A stretch of 64,000 bases of DNA from the human T2T-CHM13v2.0 reference genome, Homo sapiens (GCF_009914755.1 NC_060943.1), one strand, 5' to 3'. Numbered from the stretch's first letter, positions 1-18,622 are shown. Notes: a model not told the origin generated them from the letters alone. Program-made: numbers and translations.

Positions 1-845
1 TTGTTGATTTATTTATGATTCTTTATAGATTCTGGATATTAGATCTTTTTCAGATGCATAGTTTGCAAATATTTTCTCTCATTCTGCAGGTTGTCTGTTT
101 ACTTTATTGATAGTTTCTTTCACTGTGTAGAAGCTCTTAAGTTTAATTAGGTCCTGCTTGTCAGTTTCTGTATTTGTTGCAATTGCTTTGGGAGTCATCA
201 TCATGAAATCTTTGTCAAGACCTATGTGCGGAATGGTATTTCCTAGGTTTTCTTCAAGGGATTTTACAGTTTTAGATTTTATATTTAAGTCTCCAATCAA
301 TGTTAGGTTGATTTTGTACATGGCGAGAGAGAGAGGTCCAGTTTCAAACTTCTGCATATGGCTAGTCCATTATCTCAGCACCATTTATTGAATAAGAAGT
401 TCTTTCCCCATTGATTGTTATTGTCAACTTTGTCAAAGATCAGATAGTTATAAATGGGTGGTTTTATATCTGGGTTCTCTAACCTGGTCCATTGGTCTAT
501 GTGTCTGATTTCTTACCCGTACCACGTTATTTAGATTATTGCAGCCTGTAATGTAGTTTGAAGTTGGGAAGTGTGATGCCTCCAGGTTTGTTCTTTCTGC
601 TTAAGATTATTTCAGCTATTTAGACTCTGTTGATTTTATGTAAATTTTAGAATGAATTCTGGGGATAATATTATTTGTAGTTTGATAGGAATAGCCTTGA
701 ATCTGTACATTATTTTGGACAGTATAGCCTTTTTAACAATATTGATTCTTTTTATTCATGAGCATGGAATGTTTTCCATTACTTTGTGCTTTCTCTGATT
801 TCTTTCAGCATTGTTTTGTGATTCTAATTGCAGAGATCTTTCATC
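1..845 (-). mobile_element. LINE-1 ORF2 3' fragment, antisense
   Basis: ORF 79..357(-) [14 protein letters not shown]...DLIKLKSF..KETINKVNRQP matches the L1 ORF2 C-terminal region. Confidence 0.9.
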
Positions 846-966
846 CCCCTGACATAATTTTATTTGATATTTTGCATTCACAAATACTAATTTTCTCTAT
901 ATAATTATGATAATTCAGTTTCTCTATGCAATATTTTACAAATTTTACATTCTACTCATGTTTCCC

Positions 967-1214
967 TTTTCTTTTCTCTTTTTTTCTTTGAGATGGAGTC
1001 TAGCCCTGGTGCCAGGCTAGAGTGCCATTCTCCTGCCTCAGCCTCCTGAGTAGCTGGGACTACAGGCATGCACCACCATGCCCAGCTAATTTTTGTATTT
1101 TTAGTAGAGACGGGGTTTCACCATGTTGGCCAAAATTGTCTCAATCTCTTGACCCCGTGATCTGCCTACCTCAGCCTCCCAAAGTGCTGGGATTACAGGC
1201 CATGGTGCCTGGCC
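967..1214 (-). mobile_element. Alu with an internal deletion
   Basis: Poly-T, GAGATGGAGTC...CCCAAAGTGCTGGGATTACAGGC. Confidence 0.9.
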
Positions 1215-2007
1215 TCAAGCCTCTTTTCTTAATAGGCATTCCATTATGTGCTCCTTCTTGGTTAAGTTGAAAAAGGCTTCTGTTTTAATTCCAAGAGGAA
1301 ACCATTTTTGCATTTGATAAATTCCACTTATTTTAAGATGATGCTAAATCAGAACGTTTATATTCTCCTTGAATCTTTGAATCATTATAGATAATATTTG
1401 CCAATAAATTATGCAATCCTATTTAAATTTTAAATTTTCATATTGCAATATTAAATAAATACGTACAAACATTCTTTAAACAACTAACAAGAGATACAAA
1501 AATGTTTTTAAAATATGTGGATTTTTTAAAAAATATATCTGATGTTGAGACAGCATGATAGTTAAAAGCATCTTCAACTCCTGAAACTGCCTCCTACAAG
1601 GAGGTGATTTTAGAAATGTCATTTATCCTATTTTCATCTAAGCCCTCTTCATAGGTAAAATCAGAATAATAAACCACTTCATAGAGTTGTTGTAAAAATT
1701 GTATGTAACACATTAATATAACACATTAATATAGTAGTTTTATAATGCTATATCTATAAGGTTATCACACTATATATAGTTATAATAATAAAGAAAAGCC
1801 AATGGCATTTTCATATTAAAGGTTTTTCCAAGAAAAGCCAGTGAGATCTTTCATATTAAAGTTTTATATTTGATTCAAGTGTATTTCAATGAAATAATAT
1901 AGGTGAAAATTAAATTACTAAAATAGAAAATGCCTGACAACATGTGAGCTAGATATCAACCACTGGAATTTATTTTGAAAAGCACAAGCCTAATGCAAAT
2001 AATTTAT

Positions 2008-2072
2008 AAATATATATATGTGTGTTTATGTGTGTGTGTGTGTATATATACACATATATATATAGAGAGAGA
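2008..2072. repeat. (TA)n/(TG)n/(AG)n compound microsatellite
   Basis: Visible dinucleotide runs. Confidence 0.85.
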
Positions 2073-2239
2073 ATAGAAAAAATCTTAGTGAAAGAAAAGT
2101 GGAATTTAAAAACAAAGTTTTAAGTTGGAAACAATGGTATGTGAACAATAGCCCATTTCAGTTGCCACAATAAAACAGACCTTATGTGTCAATGCAGGAT
2201 ATTCTCACTCTGAATGAAAATATTAGTAATTGGAAAATA

Positions 2240-3341
2240 ATGAAAGGCCTCCAGGAATTTGGAAATAGGAATGATCTTCTTTTCTCAGACAACAGTTGGA
2301 TTATTGAGGAATTTTTTTTTTGCCACTTTGTTATACCGGGTGGATATTAAAGTCCACAGATTTGATTCTCAAGCACCTGGCTATAGCCAACATCTTGGTC
2401 ATATTCTCCAAAGCAGCTTCACAGACAATGACTTCTTTTAATTTCAAGCATTTCCTCAGTGATATTGCATGCAAACATGTTTTCTATGTTCACAGAGTGG
2501 GCAGAGGTGTGTGCTTTGCCACCACCTCCCTCTTGAGTATCTTCCAGCCATCATTGTCAGCCCCATGAACTCCAGGTGGGCACAGTTGAAACTACAAACC
2601 CCCAAATATATTGGGTCCCCCAACATCTTGTCCTGGATTGGAAATACACTGATAAATACCATTTTTTCTATGCATGTGATTGGCAAATCGAACAGCAAAA
2701 ACAATTCAAAGAAAAAAGATTTAAGATACTGTTCTTCATTAGATAATAACAGAATTACCAGCTTACTGTGCACAACATTATCATATTGCATGGTGTTTGT
2801 GTGTTAGATACAGTTAGGTTCACTCTTCAAATAGCTTATCCAGTTTCCCCATTCTCTATTCTATAATTCCAAGTATTCCTTACCTCAACTGTGCACCAAC
2901 TTACCTAACTATGCCTAGACATGAATGAAATTGTTGCAACCCAAGTCCCAGTCTGCATTATTTTCCTTTTTAGAGAATAGGTTGCTTTCCTAGTTCCCAC
3001 ATAATGGACCCCATTCTCTCTCTCTTAACTCCCTTATGTGACTAACTTATCTAAAAAATTTGAAGCATTTAGCCAGTTGGGACTAGTTGAGACTGTGCGG
3101 TCCAACCCTAACCGATAGAGGAAAGACACAGAAGTAGAAGCTGCATTAGAGATAATAGAAACTCGCACTTCCTTTGTTTTGTGTGCCCTTGCCATTGCTT
3201 AATTTACGAGGTGCACCCTTTTATAGAAGTAAATTTGCCTTGCTGAGTGCTATTTCTTGTGGAGCACCGAAAATCTGTTTGTAACATGTGTTTGAGACTC
3301 ATAATCTGGACCAGTGGCTCCAAGATTTTTATTCTGTACAA
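2240..3341 (+). pseudogene. Vomeronasal type 1 receptor (V1R/VN1R) pseudogene, frameshifted, split by an LTR and 3'-truncated
   Basis: V1R motifs across frames: IGMIFFSQTTVGLLRN (TM1), LKSTDLILKHLAIANILVIFSK (TM2), CKHVFYVHRVGRGVCFATTSLLSIFQ (TM3), ISPMNSRWAQLK-like, KKDLRYCS; after the LTR it resumes as CLRLIIWTSGSKIFILY (TM5). Confidence 0.9.
2802..3286 (+). mobile_element. Solo LTR, ERV1 LTR10 family (HERV-I-like)
   Basis: TGTTA...TAACA termini, 4-bp TSD TGTG (2798-2801 / 3287-3290), AGTAAA polyA variant in GAAGTAAATTTGCCTTGCTGAG. Confidence 0.85.
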
Positions 3342-4125
3342 GTGGCCAATGAGCACATGAAAAGATGCACAACATCTTTATTCACTAGAAAGATGTAAGT
3401 CAAAACCACAGTGATATATCACTTCATACCTATGGGTACAGGTATATTTCAGAAGACAGATCAGTGTGGGTGAAGATGTGGAAAAATTGAAACCCTCATA
3501 GAGTGCAAAATTAGGCAGCAGTTTTGGAAAACATTTTGGCAGTTCTTCCTGAGGTTAACATAGAGTTACTACATGTCTTAGCAATTCCACTTCTGAGTAT
3601 ATACTCAACTGAAATCAAAATAGGTCCACACAAAAACATGTATATGCGTGTCCATAGAAACATTATTTGTTATGGCCAAAAGGTGAGAGCAGTGCAAATA
3701 GTCCATGGAGGACTAGATAGACAAATGTGATGTAGTATACAAGGCAATAGTATTCCGCCAGAAAAAGGAATGATGTGCCAATATGGGACACAACATGGAT
3801 ACATATTAAAGACATTATGCTTGATGGAAAAAGCTATCCAAAAAGGGTCATGTACTTTATGAATCCATTTGTATAAAATTCCCAAAATAGGCAAATCCTT
3901 TGAAACAGAAAGTGGATTAATGGTTGCCAGAGGCTGCTAGGGAAAATAGAAAGTGGCTGAATGATGGGTGTGGAGATTTTTTTTGTTAATTATACAGTTC
4001 TAAAATTACACAGTGGTAATGATTGTAAAGCATTGCAAATACACAAAAAGATACTGAAGTGTAAACCTGAAAATAATTAATATATTGAATTTGATGTTAT
4101 GTGAATTTTATCTCGATAAACATAA
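3342..4125 (+). mobile_element. Old L1M 3' end (end of ORF2 plus 3'UTR)
   Basis: GGCCAATGAGCACATGAAAAGATG...GCAATTCCACTTCTGAG...GTGAATTTTATCTCGATAAA. Confidence 0.8.
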
Positions 4126-4524
4126 TTTTATAAACAAACTTCAAGCCACTGTTGCCAATGATAAAGACTAGATAATATGCTCTAAATGCAGCAGAAAAAC
4201 ACTGAAACACTAAGTTAGCTGAAAGGAAAATTGAAACTAAAATGAAAACAGAGTCCACAAAGTTCTACTGAAGCTTTAGTCACCTAGATATTCAAATAAA
4301 AACACCCAGGTTCAACTGTGTAACCCTCTGTCATAGAAGTCTGGGTGCTTTTGGTAGATAAATCCATTGGGCATATCAGTGTGACATAAAAAGTGCTTAA
4401 AACGTAGTTTTTTTAAAAAATTATAAATTCGTGACACTCATAAAGATAGGAACACATATTAAAATATTTATTTAACATCTGAGGAATCAGCCGATATGAT
4501 AACCAGTGCAAAAAAGAGTCAAAT

Positions 4525-5610
<1,086 letters not shown>

Positions 5611-5613
5611 CAG

Positions 5614-5705
5614 TTATATTATCATCTATATTACATATGATTATCTATGTGTGTATTATATATATACATATATTCTATATATTATATAAAATGTATATAT
5701 ATGTT
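5614..5705. repeat. AT-rich/(TA)n low-complexity tract
   Basis: tatatatacatatattctatatattata... Confidence 0.7.
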
Positions 5706-6489
5706 TTGGACAAAGACATATTCAAACAATAGTTAATAGTTTTTAAATATTCAGAATCAAAATTATTTATAAATATATTTTATTACAAACACAATTATTC
5801 ATCTTATTCTTAGCCAAAACACCTGATCTGTCTAATAAGCACATATTTCACAGAGCTACATAGAGTTATCAATGGCTAAATACATTTTATAGGGAAAAGT
5901 ATACTCTATAGAAATTCTGCCTTAATTGAAGAACTCAAAGCCCCAAATGTTATAAACACTTTTATGGCTGCATTAAGTTAAAAATAAGTGTTCCATCAAG
6001 TGTTGGGTCAATCTAACTCCTTTCTCCTGAGTATCAACATTTGAAGTTTTCACCTATTCACCAAAGACTCAAAGGCCACCCTCTGGTATCTCTGGCCTTT
6101 TCATAGACAGATGGTAAGAAGCTGCCCAGCTCATTTCAAGTTCAAGGTCAGATGGTTTCTTCTAGAAGTTCCAGTTTACTGTGTACCAGCCATGTGATTC
6201 TGTATATTCATTTATTCTCTCTAAGCAGCCGTCTCCATCTGTGTAAAATCAGGATGATGAATTTCTCTATCTTTGGGTTATCCCAAATAAGAAGTCAATT
6301 TGAGCTTAAGTTTAAGCTTAATGCAATGCTTGGCACCACAAGGCATGACACAGGATGCTAAACTGGGCACCTGTATTTTACAAAACTAGAAAACTTTGAG
6401 TTTCTTCCCTCTCCTGCATTTTCACATGTATTTGGTTTAATCTCTAAATCTGTTGAAGTTGAATAGATGTGTAGACAGGGATTGAGATT

Positions 6490-7230
6490 AATAATCTCAT
6501 TTACAAAAACATAAAAAAGAATGAAATACGTAGAAATAAATTTATTGAAAGAGGTAAAAGATCTATACACTAAAAACTCTAAAACATTAAATAAATTGAA
6601 GGAACTAAAAAATTGAAAGATACACCATGCTTATGAATTGAAAGAATTAATATTGTAAAAATGTCCATACTACCCAAAGTGATCTACAGATTAAATGCAA
6701 TCCTTATAAAAATTCCAATTATATTTTTCTCAGAATTTAAAAAGTAATTATCAAATCTCTATCAATTCATGAAAGACCCAGAATAGCCTAAGCAATATTG
6801 AGGAAAAACAACAAAGCTGGAGGCATCATACTACCTGGTTTCTGAATATATTACAAAGCTACAGTAAGGCCAGGTGCAGTGGCTCACACCTGTGATCCCA
6901 GCACTTTGGGAGGCCAAGGTGGGTTGCTTGAGTCCAGGAGTTCTAGACCAGCCTTGGCACCATAGCAAAACACCATCTCTACAAAAAATAGAAAAATTAG
7001 CAGAGTTTAATGGCACAAACCCATAGTCTCAGCTACTTGAGATGCGGAGGTGAGAGGATTCCTAGATCCTGTGAAGTTGAGGCTGCAGTGAGCCACGATG
7101 AAGCAACTGCACTCCACCCTGGGCAACAGACTGAAACCTGTCTCAAAAAAAAGCTACAGTAAGCAAATAGCATGGTACTGGATAAAAATAAACACACACA
7201 AATGAAGCATAATACCAAGTCAAGAAATAA
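6490..7230 (+). mobile_element. L1M ORF2 fragment split by an AluJ-like element (6868-7152)
   Basis: AAGAATTAATATTGTAAAAATGTCCATACTACCCAAAG (L1 ORF2); Alu flanked by TSD AAAGCTACAGTAA. Confidence 0.85.
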
Positions 7231-7679
7231 ATGTATCTACTTCATTTCTGGTAATGAAGGAACAATGTTTTCACCAGTAGGCTTCACCTTTCAGTGTTCT
7301 ATCAATGAATATTTATCGGTAGATTATTTTTAATCTAACTTCAAGCATTCTGTAGCAGGCCAGATGAGGGCAGATCAGATGAATGTTAACATGAAAATTT
7401 TGTGGATTTATAGTTAATGAGTAATCATTTATGAAAGACTTACCCTATATTTCTGCAGTTGAATTATTTGCAGTTGGTCTAGTGGTGAGCACAGTCAATA
7501 AGAAACAGATAAATAAATAAATAAATGTATAATAAGAAACTAAATCAGTAGCCTGAAGAAAAAGTAGAGTTCTATTTGAAACAATAAAGAAAGAGAGAGA
7601 ATGCTTACTGATCTTTTTTTTAAAATCTGTGATGGTCAATCAATATTTCTCTCTCAGAAGGCAAAAAAAAAAAAAAAAG

Positions 7680-12218
<4,539 letters not shown>

Positions 12219-12223
12219 GGGGG

Positions 12224-12685
12224 TAAGGGAGGAGACCACCCCTCATATTGTCTTATGCCCAATTTCTGCCTCCAAAGAAAGAAAAAGTAAAAACTAAAAG
12301 GCAGAAATGAAATCCACAAGCAGACAGCCCAGCGCCACACCCTGGGCCTGGTAGTTAAAGATCGACCCCTGACCTAATTGGTTATGTTATCCATACATTA
12401 CAGACATTGTATAGAAAAGCACTGTGAAAATCCCTATCCTGTTATGTTCCATTCTAATTACCAGTGTATGCAGCCCCCAGTCATGTACCCCCTGCTTGCT
12501 CAATCGATCATGACCCTCTCACGCAGACCCCCTTAGAGTTGTGAGCCCTTAAAAGGGACTAGAATTGCTCACTCGGGGAGCTCAGCTCTTGAGACAGGAG
12601 TCTTACCGATGTCCCCAGCCGAATAAACCCCTTCCTTCTTTAATTTGGTGTCTGAGGAGTTTTGTCTGTGGCTCATCCTGCTACA
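12224..12685 (+). mobile_element. Solo LTR2 (HERV-E/Harlequin)
   Basis: Starts TAAGGGAGGAGACCACCCCTCATATTG, ends CCTGCTACA; AATAAA at about 12622; TSD GGGG. Confidence 0.9.
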
Positions 12686-13020
12686 GGGGCAGGGCCAAGA
12701 TGGCTGATTAGAAGCGGCATCCCATAGAAAAGAACCATAACAGTGTGTGAATGCTGTACCATAACCTGAGGTATCCATGTTCTTTCATCAGAACTGACTA
12801 GGTGGCTGGCGTGATCCATGGAGAGGAAGGAAGAGCAGTGTGGTGTGGCAGCCCACCTGACACCCACATGGGCCTGGGGAGCCCCCACCCCACAGCCAAG
12901 GGATGCAGTGAGTGAGCATGCTACCCAGCCTGGGAAACTGCTTTTTCCATGGAACTATGCAACCCACGGATTAGAAGATTCCACTCATGAACCCACACCA
13001 CTGGAACCTAAGGTCCCAAC

Positions 13021-13475
13021 TGTTGGAAGCAAGAGCTCAGAGTCGCAAAGAACATGGGCACTGAAACAAGGAATTTCTCAGCAAGGCAAGGCACATTTAC
13101 TTCTGCAGAAGGGTGCCAGTCATGTCTCTGGCTGTTTTGAGAGCACAGCATACAAGAGAGGGAAGGAGTTTTTATCCCTAACACAGTCCCTACTTCTGTG
13201 TGCTGCCCCCATTGGCTGGAGTCAGACCGCACAATCTAAGCTAACTCGATGGCTATTTTAAATCGAGACTGGCAGGAAGGTTGTTTACAGAGCAGGTAAC
13301 TAGGAGTGAGGAGGACTTCTTCCAAATAAGGAAGAGATGTGGGTTACGGATTGCGACTGGGGAGAAGAGATGTTTACAGAGCAGGTAGCTAGGAGCGGGA
13401 AGGTATAAGGAAGTTGATTTTGAGAACAAACAACAAGGAAGTTACCCTTTGAAGAGGAACTTATTATGCCTGACA
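13021..13475 (-). mobile_element. Solo LTR, LTR10-family-like, antisense
   Basis: TGTT...TGACA termini, TSD CAAC (13017-13020 / 13476-13479); carries the reverse complement of the motifs GAAGTAAA..TGCCTTGCTGAG and CTCTTCAAA seen in the 2802 LTR. Confidence 0.8.
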
Positions 13476-14689
13476 CAACCCTGGAGCTGAGCAGATTATG
13501 AACAGCCTGTCAGGTAGAATCTGCTTAAGCCTGCCGAGTTCCCACGGTGGGGGAGACCAGCACCACCGTTGCAGTTGGCTGCTGTCTAAGCTGTTTGAGC
13601 TCCTTGAGGGAGGGACAGCAGCCAGCACTGGGACTCGAAACTGCCTAACAGGCTAAGATCCCTGGATGGGGAAAGGGAAGCAGCCATCTCTATAGCTCCT
13701 GGCCTCACTTTTCCTCTGCTAGATCCAGGAAAACTGGACAGCTTGGTCTCAAGAGGTGTCCCCCACAGCCCAACACATGGGCTGTGGCAGACTGTGGCCA
13801 GAATGTCTCTTCAGGCCTGACGCTGACCCATCTCTCCTCACTGGTCAGGGCCTCCCTGCAGGAACTCCAACATCTCCAGCCAGGGGCTCAGGGACATAAC
13901 TCTGATCTCCCTGGGCCTGAGCCCCTAGGGGGAGGGGTGGCTGCAGTCTCTGTGGACCAGCAGACTTAGCCTTTCCTCCTGCTAGTTCTGAGGAATTCGA
14001 GCAGCCCAGATGAGTGGGTTTCCCCCCAGCAAAACACCCCCCTCCACCAAGGAACAGTCAAAGTGCTTCATTAAATGGGTTCTGCTCCCCATGCCACCCA
14101 ACTGGTGACACTTCAACAGGGGTTGTCAGACACCCTATACAGGAGCCATCTTAATGGCATCAGGTTGGTGCCTCTTGAGATCAGAGATCACAGAGGAAGG
14201 AGCAGACTCTGCTTTTCTCCAACCTCCTTGAGTGACATCTCCAGGCATGGGAGTGAACCAGATTAATAGGGCCTGAAGTGAACCCCCCTCAAACTGCAGA
14301 AGCCCTACAGAAGATGTACCTGACCATTGAAAGAAAAACAAACAAACAGAAAGGAACAACAGCATCAACAACAAAAAAGTACCCACAAAAACCTCATCCA
14401 AGGCCAGGCATGGTGGCTCACACCTGTAAAAAGGTTAACGTGTTTTTGTGATTGGCTATTGTTTTTCAGTAACTAACGTATAGGAATAGATTGAAACAGA
14501 AATTTATCTGAAACAGCGCCGGATGAATGCCTAAAGGGGCTCACACAACCTGCTCTGAGACTTGGTGACCATTATTTTTGTCCACGTTCAATTGAGTTCA
14601 AATTTAATATTTAACTTTTCCACTACATTCGGCCTCAATTGGATATTCAATTGTATTAAAATACCCTTACGGATACATCGGGAAGGCAT

Positions 14690-15808
14690 AGTTGATATAT
14701 ATTACAGATACAGGGTAAGCACAGGAGAATTAAAGGCACAATTAATAAAAATTAAACCCCACATGGCGTTGCAAGCAGAGTAATATTGTGAGACTTGCCA
14801 GGAATATACACACAACATTTAGTATGCAGTAAGGCGCAAACCCCTCCTTGGGCTGTGGTAAGCATATCTAATGCCATTTGATTTTGCAACACAACAATAC
14901 GCAGCTGAGCAAATTCATCTGATAACAACATAAGCCCAGTGCTACTATCATTAAGAGCTTTTTCTACATGTAAGCTAAATATTATAATTTGTTGGTGAAG
15001 CAAGATTGTACCAGTGGCAGGGGAGAATACTGTGATAGGGTACCACCACCAGGGAGTCCAGCACATTTGTAACCAGCGATGTTTGTAAGCATCTAGATTA
15101 CTGGGGAGGGGAATATTATCCTGGATGGTGAATAGAATTAATGGTCACCCCCAAGTGCATCTCCCCATCCAAAGTGGGGGCAGTATCACCACCGATAGGA
15201 TCTGCATACCCAGAGGGCCCCCCAGGGGACAGCAATGGAGCTACTGTAATCATAGTGTACTAATCTCTTATTAAAATAGGAAAGAGATTGTTGTTCATTG
15301 GGTGCAATGTTGTTGATTTGGAGTATGTGTTGACAATTGAGTGGAGAAACCCCAGAGTAACATTAGAGGAGCCATTTAAGGCCTCTAGACAAAGCAGGGG
15401 CTATATGGAATCCAGCCACCAGCACAGAAGGTTCGTAGTATATACCATTCCAGGAACATTGGGCAGAATACCAAGGCTTTCAATGCAAGGTGAGGGTGGA
15501 GTTCATCTTTTGTCTGACTTGGCAAAGATTGATTTTTTAGTGTGGTCAAATGAAGTCCAGGTTGGATTGCAAGTGCTGTTGTTGCAGCCCCATTGGTAAC
15601 AACATAGCCATTCAGAAATGTTGTCAGGGATGATTCTCCAAGGTAGACCATTTTTGGCGGCCTCTAGCAACTCCACGTATAGCCAACATTGATTGCAGTT
15701 GGCTTCTGTTGCAGCAGTGGCTAAAAAGTTGATGAATTTATTCTTGGCCTCAGACACAAAGACACAGGTGCTGACCATTAGTAGATAGGTTATTCCCTGT
15801 AATAACAA
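14690..15808 (-). pseudogene. Retroviral env remnant
   Basis: Signal-peptide-like MLLQGITYLLMVSTCVFVSEA plus CNQCWL; TM with ISD LQNQMALDMLTTAQGGVC and CX6CC (CALLHTKCC). Confidence 0.9.
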
Positions 15809-15949
15809 AAACAGAGGGGAACATCATATTGTTTTTCATCTTTAGGAAATTGTACTATGCCTTCATTTTCTGCTTTCATAGCTACAAGGTCACCAGCCTT
15901 AGGGTTGGGATCTGATGGACGCTGTACCCATATTTTGGCTCCAGGATTT

Positions 15950-16235
15950 AAGCTACCTGTACCAGGGGATCTGAATCCCCAAGTTCTGTATGTAGCCTCT
16001 GTTGGGCAAAGATTTCCTCAGGGGTTAATTGTGGACAAGGTACCACTAACAATTGAGCAACCAGCATCTGTGGTTTTATAGCAAAAGAATCTGGAGAGGT
16101 ATTGTATAAAATGTCCTTTAACTCTCCCCGGTAATCACTATCAATTATTCCACCATACATTATTATGCTTCTCATTGCAAGGCTTGAACATGTTGTAATC
16201 CATTTACCCACATTCAAGATCACAGTTATGGTGGA
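15950..16235 (-). pseudogene. Retroviral dUTPase remnant
   Basis: CSSLAMRS (motif II-like), GIIDSDYRGEL (III), VAQLL (IV), frameshifted RTWGFRSPG (V). Confidence 0.85.
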
Positions 16236-16318
16236 AATTTTTGCCTGTTGATCTTCCTGCTGATTAAATAGTCTGTCAAGAGGAAGCAGAGACACACTAG
16301 CATCAACATGGAAAACAG

Positions 16319-16969
<651 letters not shown>

Positions 16970-18604
16970 TCAGATACCTTACCAATATTGTTTTCCCCAA
17001 ACCTCTTTATTCCGCATTAACCATTTGTTTCATTGCCACTTGGGCACCCAGGTAGTAAGACCATTTGCTACTGACAAAGAGTTGATATAAAAGTAACAAA
17101 TCCCTCTGGCCTCCTCCTGAATAGCTCGGAGAAACGACTACTAGTTCAGCTAACTGGCTGCTCCCACCCCTTCCTTCATCAGAAATGCTTATGTTTTTAA
17201 CAGGATTATAAGCCACAGCCCTCCAGCATTGGGTCCCACCAAAGTATTTGGTGGATCCATCAGTAAACCAAGCATGTTTCTGATCCTCTGGGCTTAGTTC
17301 TTTAAAGGATTTGCCCCATTTGATGTGTGTGTGTGGGGGGTGTTTCTTTCCCTATCTGCAGGACTTGCTTGGTTGTTTCCTGAGCTCGCAGGTTTTCCAC
17401 ATCCTCATGTAAAAGTGATAGCCCCTATGATTTTGGCTTAGCCTGGTTTTGTATGTCCCATTTCCATTTTATGATGCTACTTTCTGGGCATGCCCTATCT
17501 GGTGGGTTTTGGGGGAACTCATGACCAAAGTCATAATAGAAATTTCAGGCCTCATAAAGACATCGTGGTTGAAGCAGAGGTGTTCCATTTCCAGCAAAGC
17601 TCAATAGCAAGCTAACAATTGCTTCTCAAAAGAGGAATAAGCTTTTCCAGCCTCTGGCAGTTTCTGGGTCCAAAACATGAAAAGTACCCTCTTTCCATCT
17701 TGTTTCTGCCTAAGGCTCCAATTAGCATGTTGATCTACGACAGTTACTCGCAGTTCATCAGGCCCATCCCATATAGGCCATAGATCCAGGGCCAGTTGCA
17801 CTGCTTGTTTAGCTTGTTCAAAAGCCATGCTGTCTTTCTCTCCACAGTGAGAGTCATACCTTTTTCTAGTGGCTGCATTCAGATGTTGTAAAATGTTACC
17901 CAAGTAAGGAATATGATGTGTTCAGAATCCAAACAAGCCAATACATTTCTGGGCCTCCTTCTTAGTGGTAGGGGTTGCAAATTATAGTATTTTAGCCTTA
18001 GCCTTTGGTGAAGTGGACTGTTTCTTTGCATTCCATAGGATGCCAAAGAATTTTACACTTTGTGCAGATCCTTAATTTTACTAGGCTTAATTTCCCATTT
18101 TTGAGATAGGAACTGGGTTTTTACATGCTCTAAGCCCCGGCTGACTAGTTCTTCAGTTTTACCCTGATTGGGCCACCTGGACAGCTGCTTTTTTCAGCAA
18201 TAGGCTGATAGCTTTGAGCCTGATCAGTCAAGACATTGACTGGCATTGGGCCAGGGCCAGTCCGGAAGTCAGATTAGCATTTTCCTTTTCCAGCTTACAT
18301 TTCTCTTGTAGCAACCAGCCCCTATCTTGACACATTAACTTATAAGCAGCAATCAAACACTATCCACTTTGTGAGATTCCCTCAGCATCTCCTTTGGTGA
18401 CTGGAATCCCCTGCAGCACTTCACGCACAGTCAAAGGTTTAAATTGCACTAATTTAGATTCCCAATTCCCACAAAGGCCAGTTCCCCTGAACCATTCAAT
18501 CACAAAGAAGGAGAACTGGGAGTGATCCCATCTCAGGATATGGGAAATCCTTGAGCCTCCAGCCCTATCCTTCTGGTCAAAAAGGGGCCCACTTTTGTTT
18601 TCAA

Positions 18605-18622
18605 ATCCTGTTTGTGATGCCA
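18605..18622 (-). promoter_or_regulatory. Primer binding site, tRNA-Ser(CGA)-like
   Basis: Minus strand TGGCATCACAAACAGGAT versus the expected TGGCGTCACGAACAGGAT (two CpG-type transitions), 4 nt after the LTR end. Confidence 0.8.

Larger units (their letters stand above)
12219..14402 (+). mobile_element. 5'UTR of a second, older-primate L1PA-type element, interrupted by LTR2 and an LTR10-like LTR
   Basis: G-run plus GGCCAAGATGGCTGATTAGAAGC start; ends at the A-rich pre-ORF1 segment AAAACCTCATCCAAGG. Confidence 0.75.

Noticed and set aside
5860-6480. Apparently unique sequence between the H2A relic and the L1M
   Set aside because: No recognisable motif, ORF homology or structure; needs a database search.
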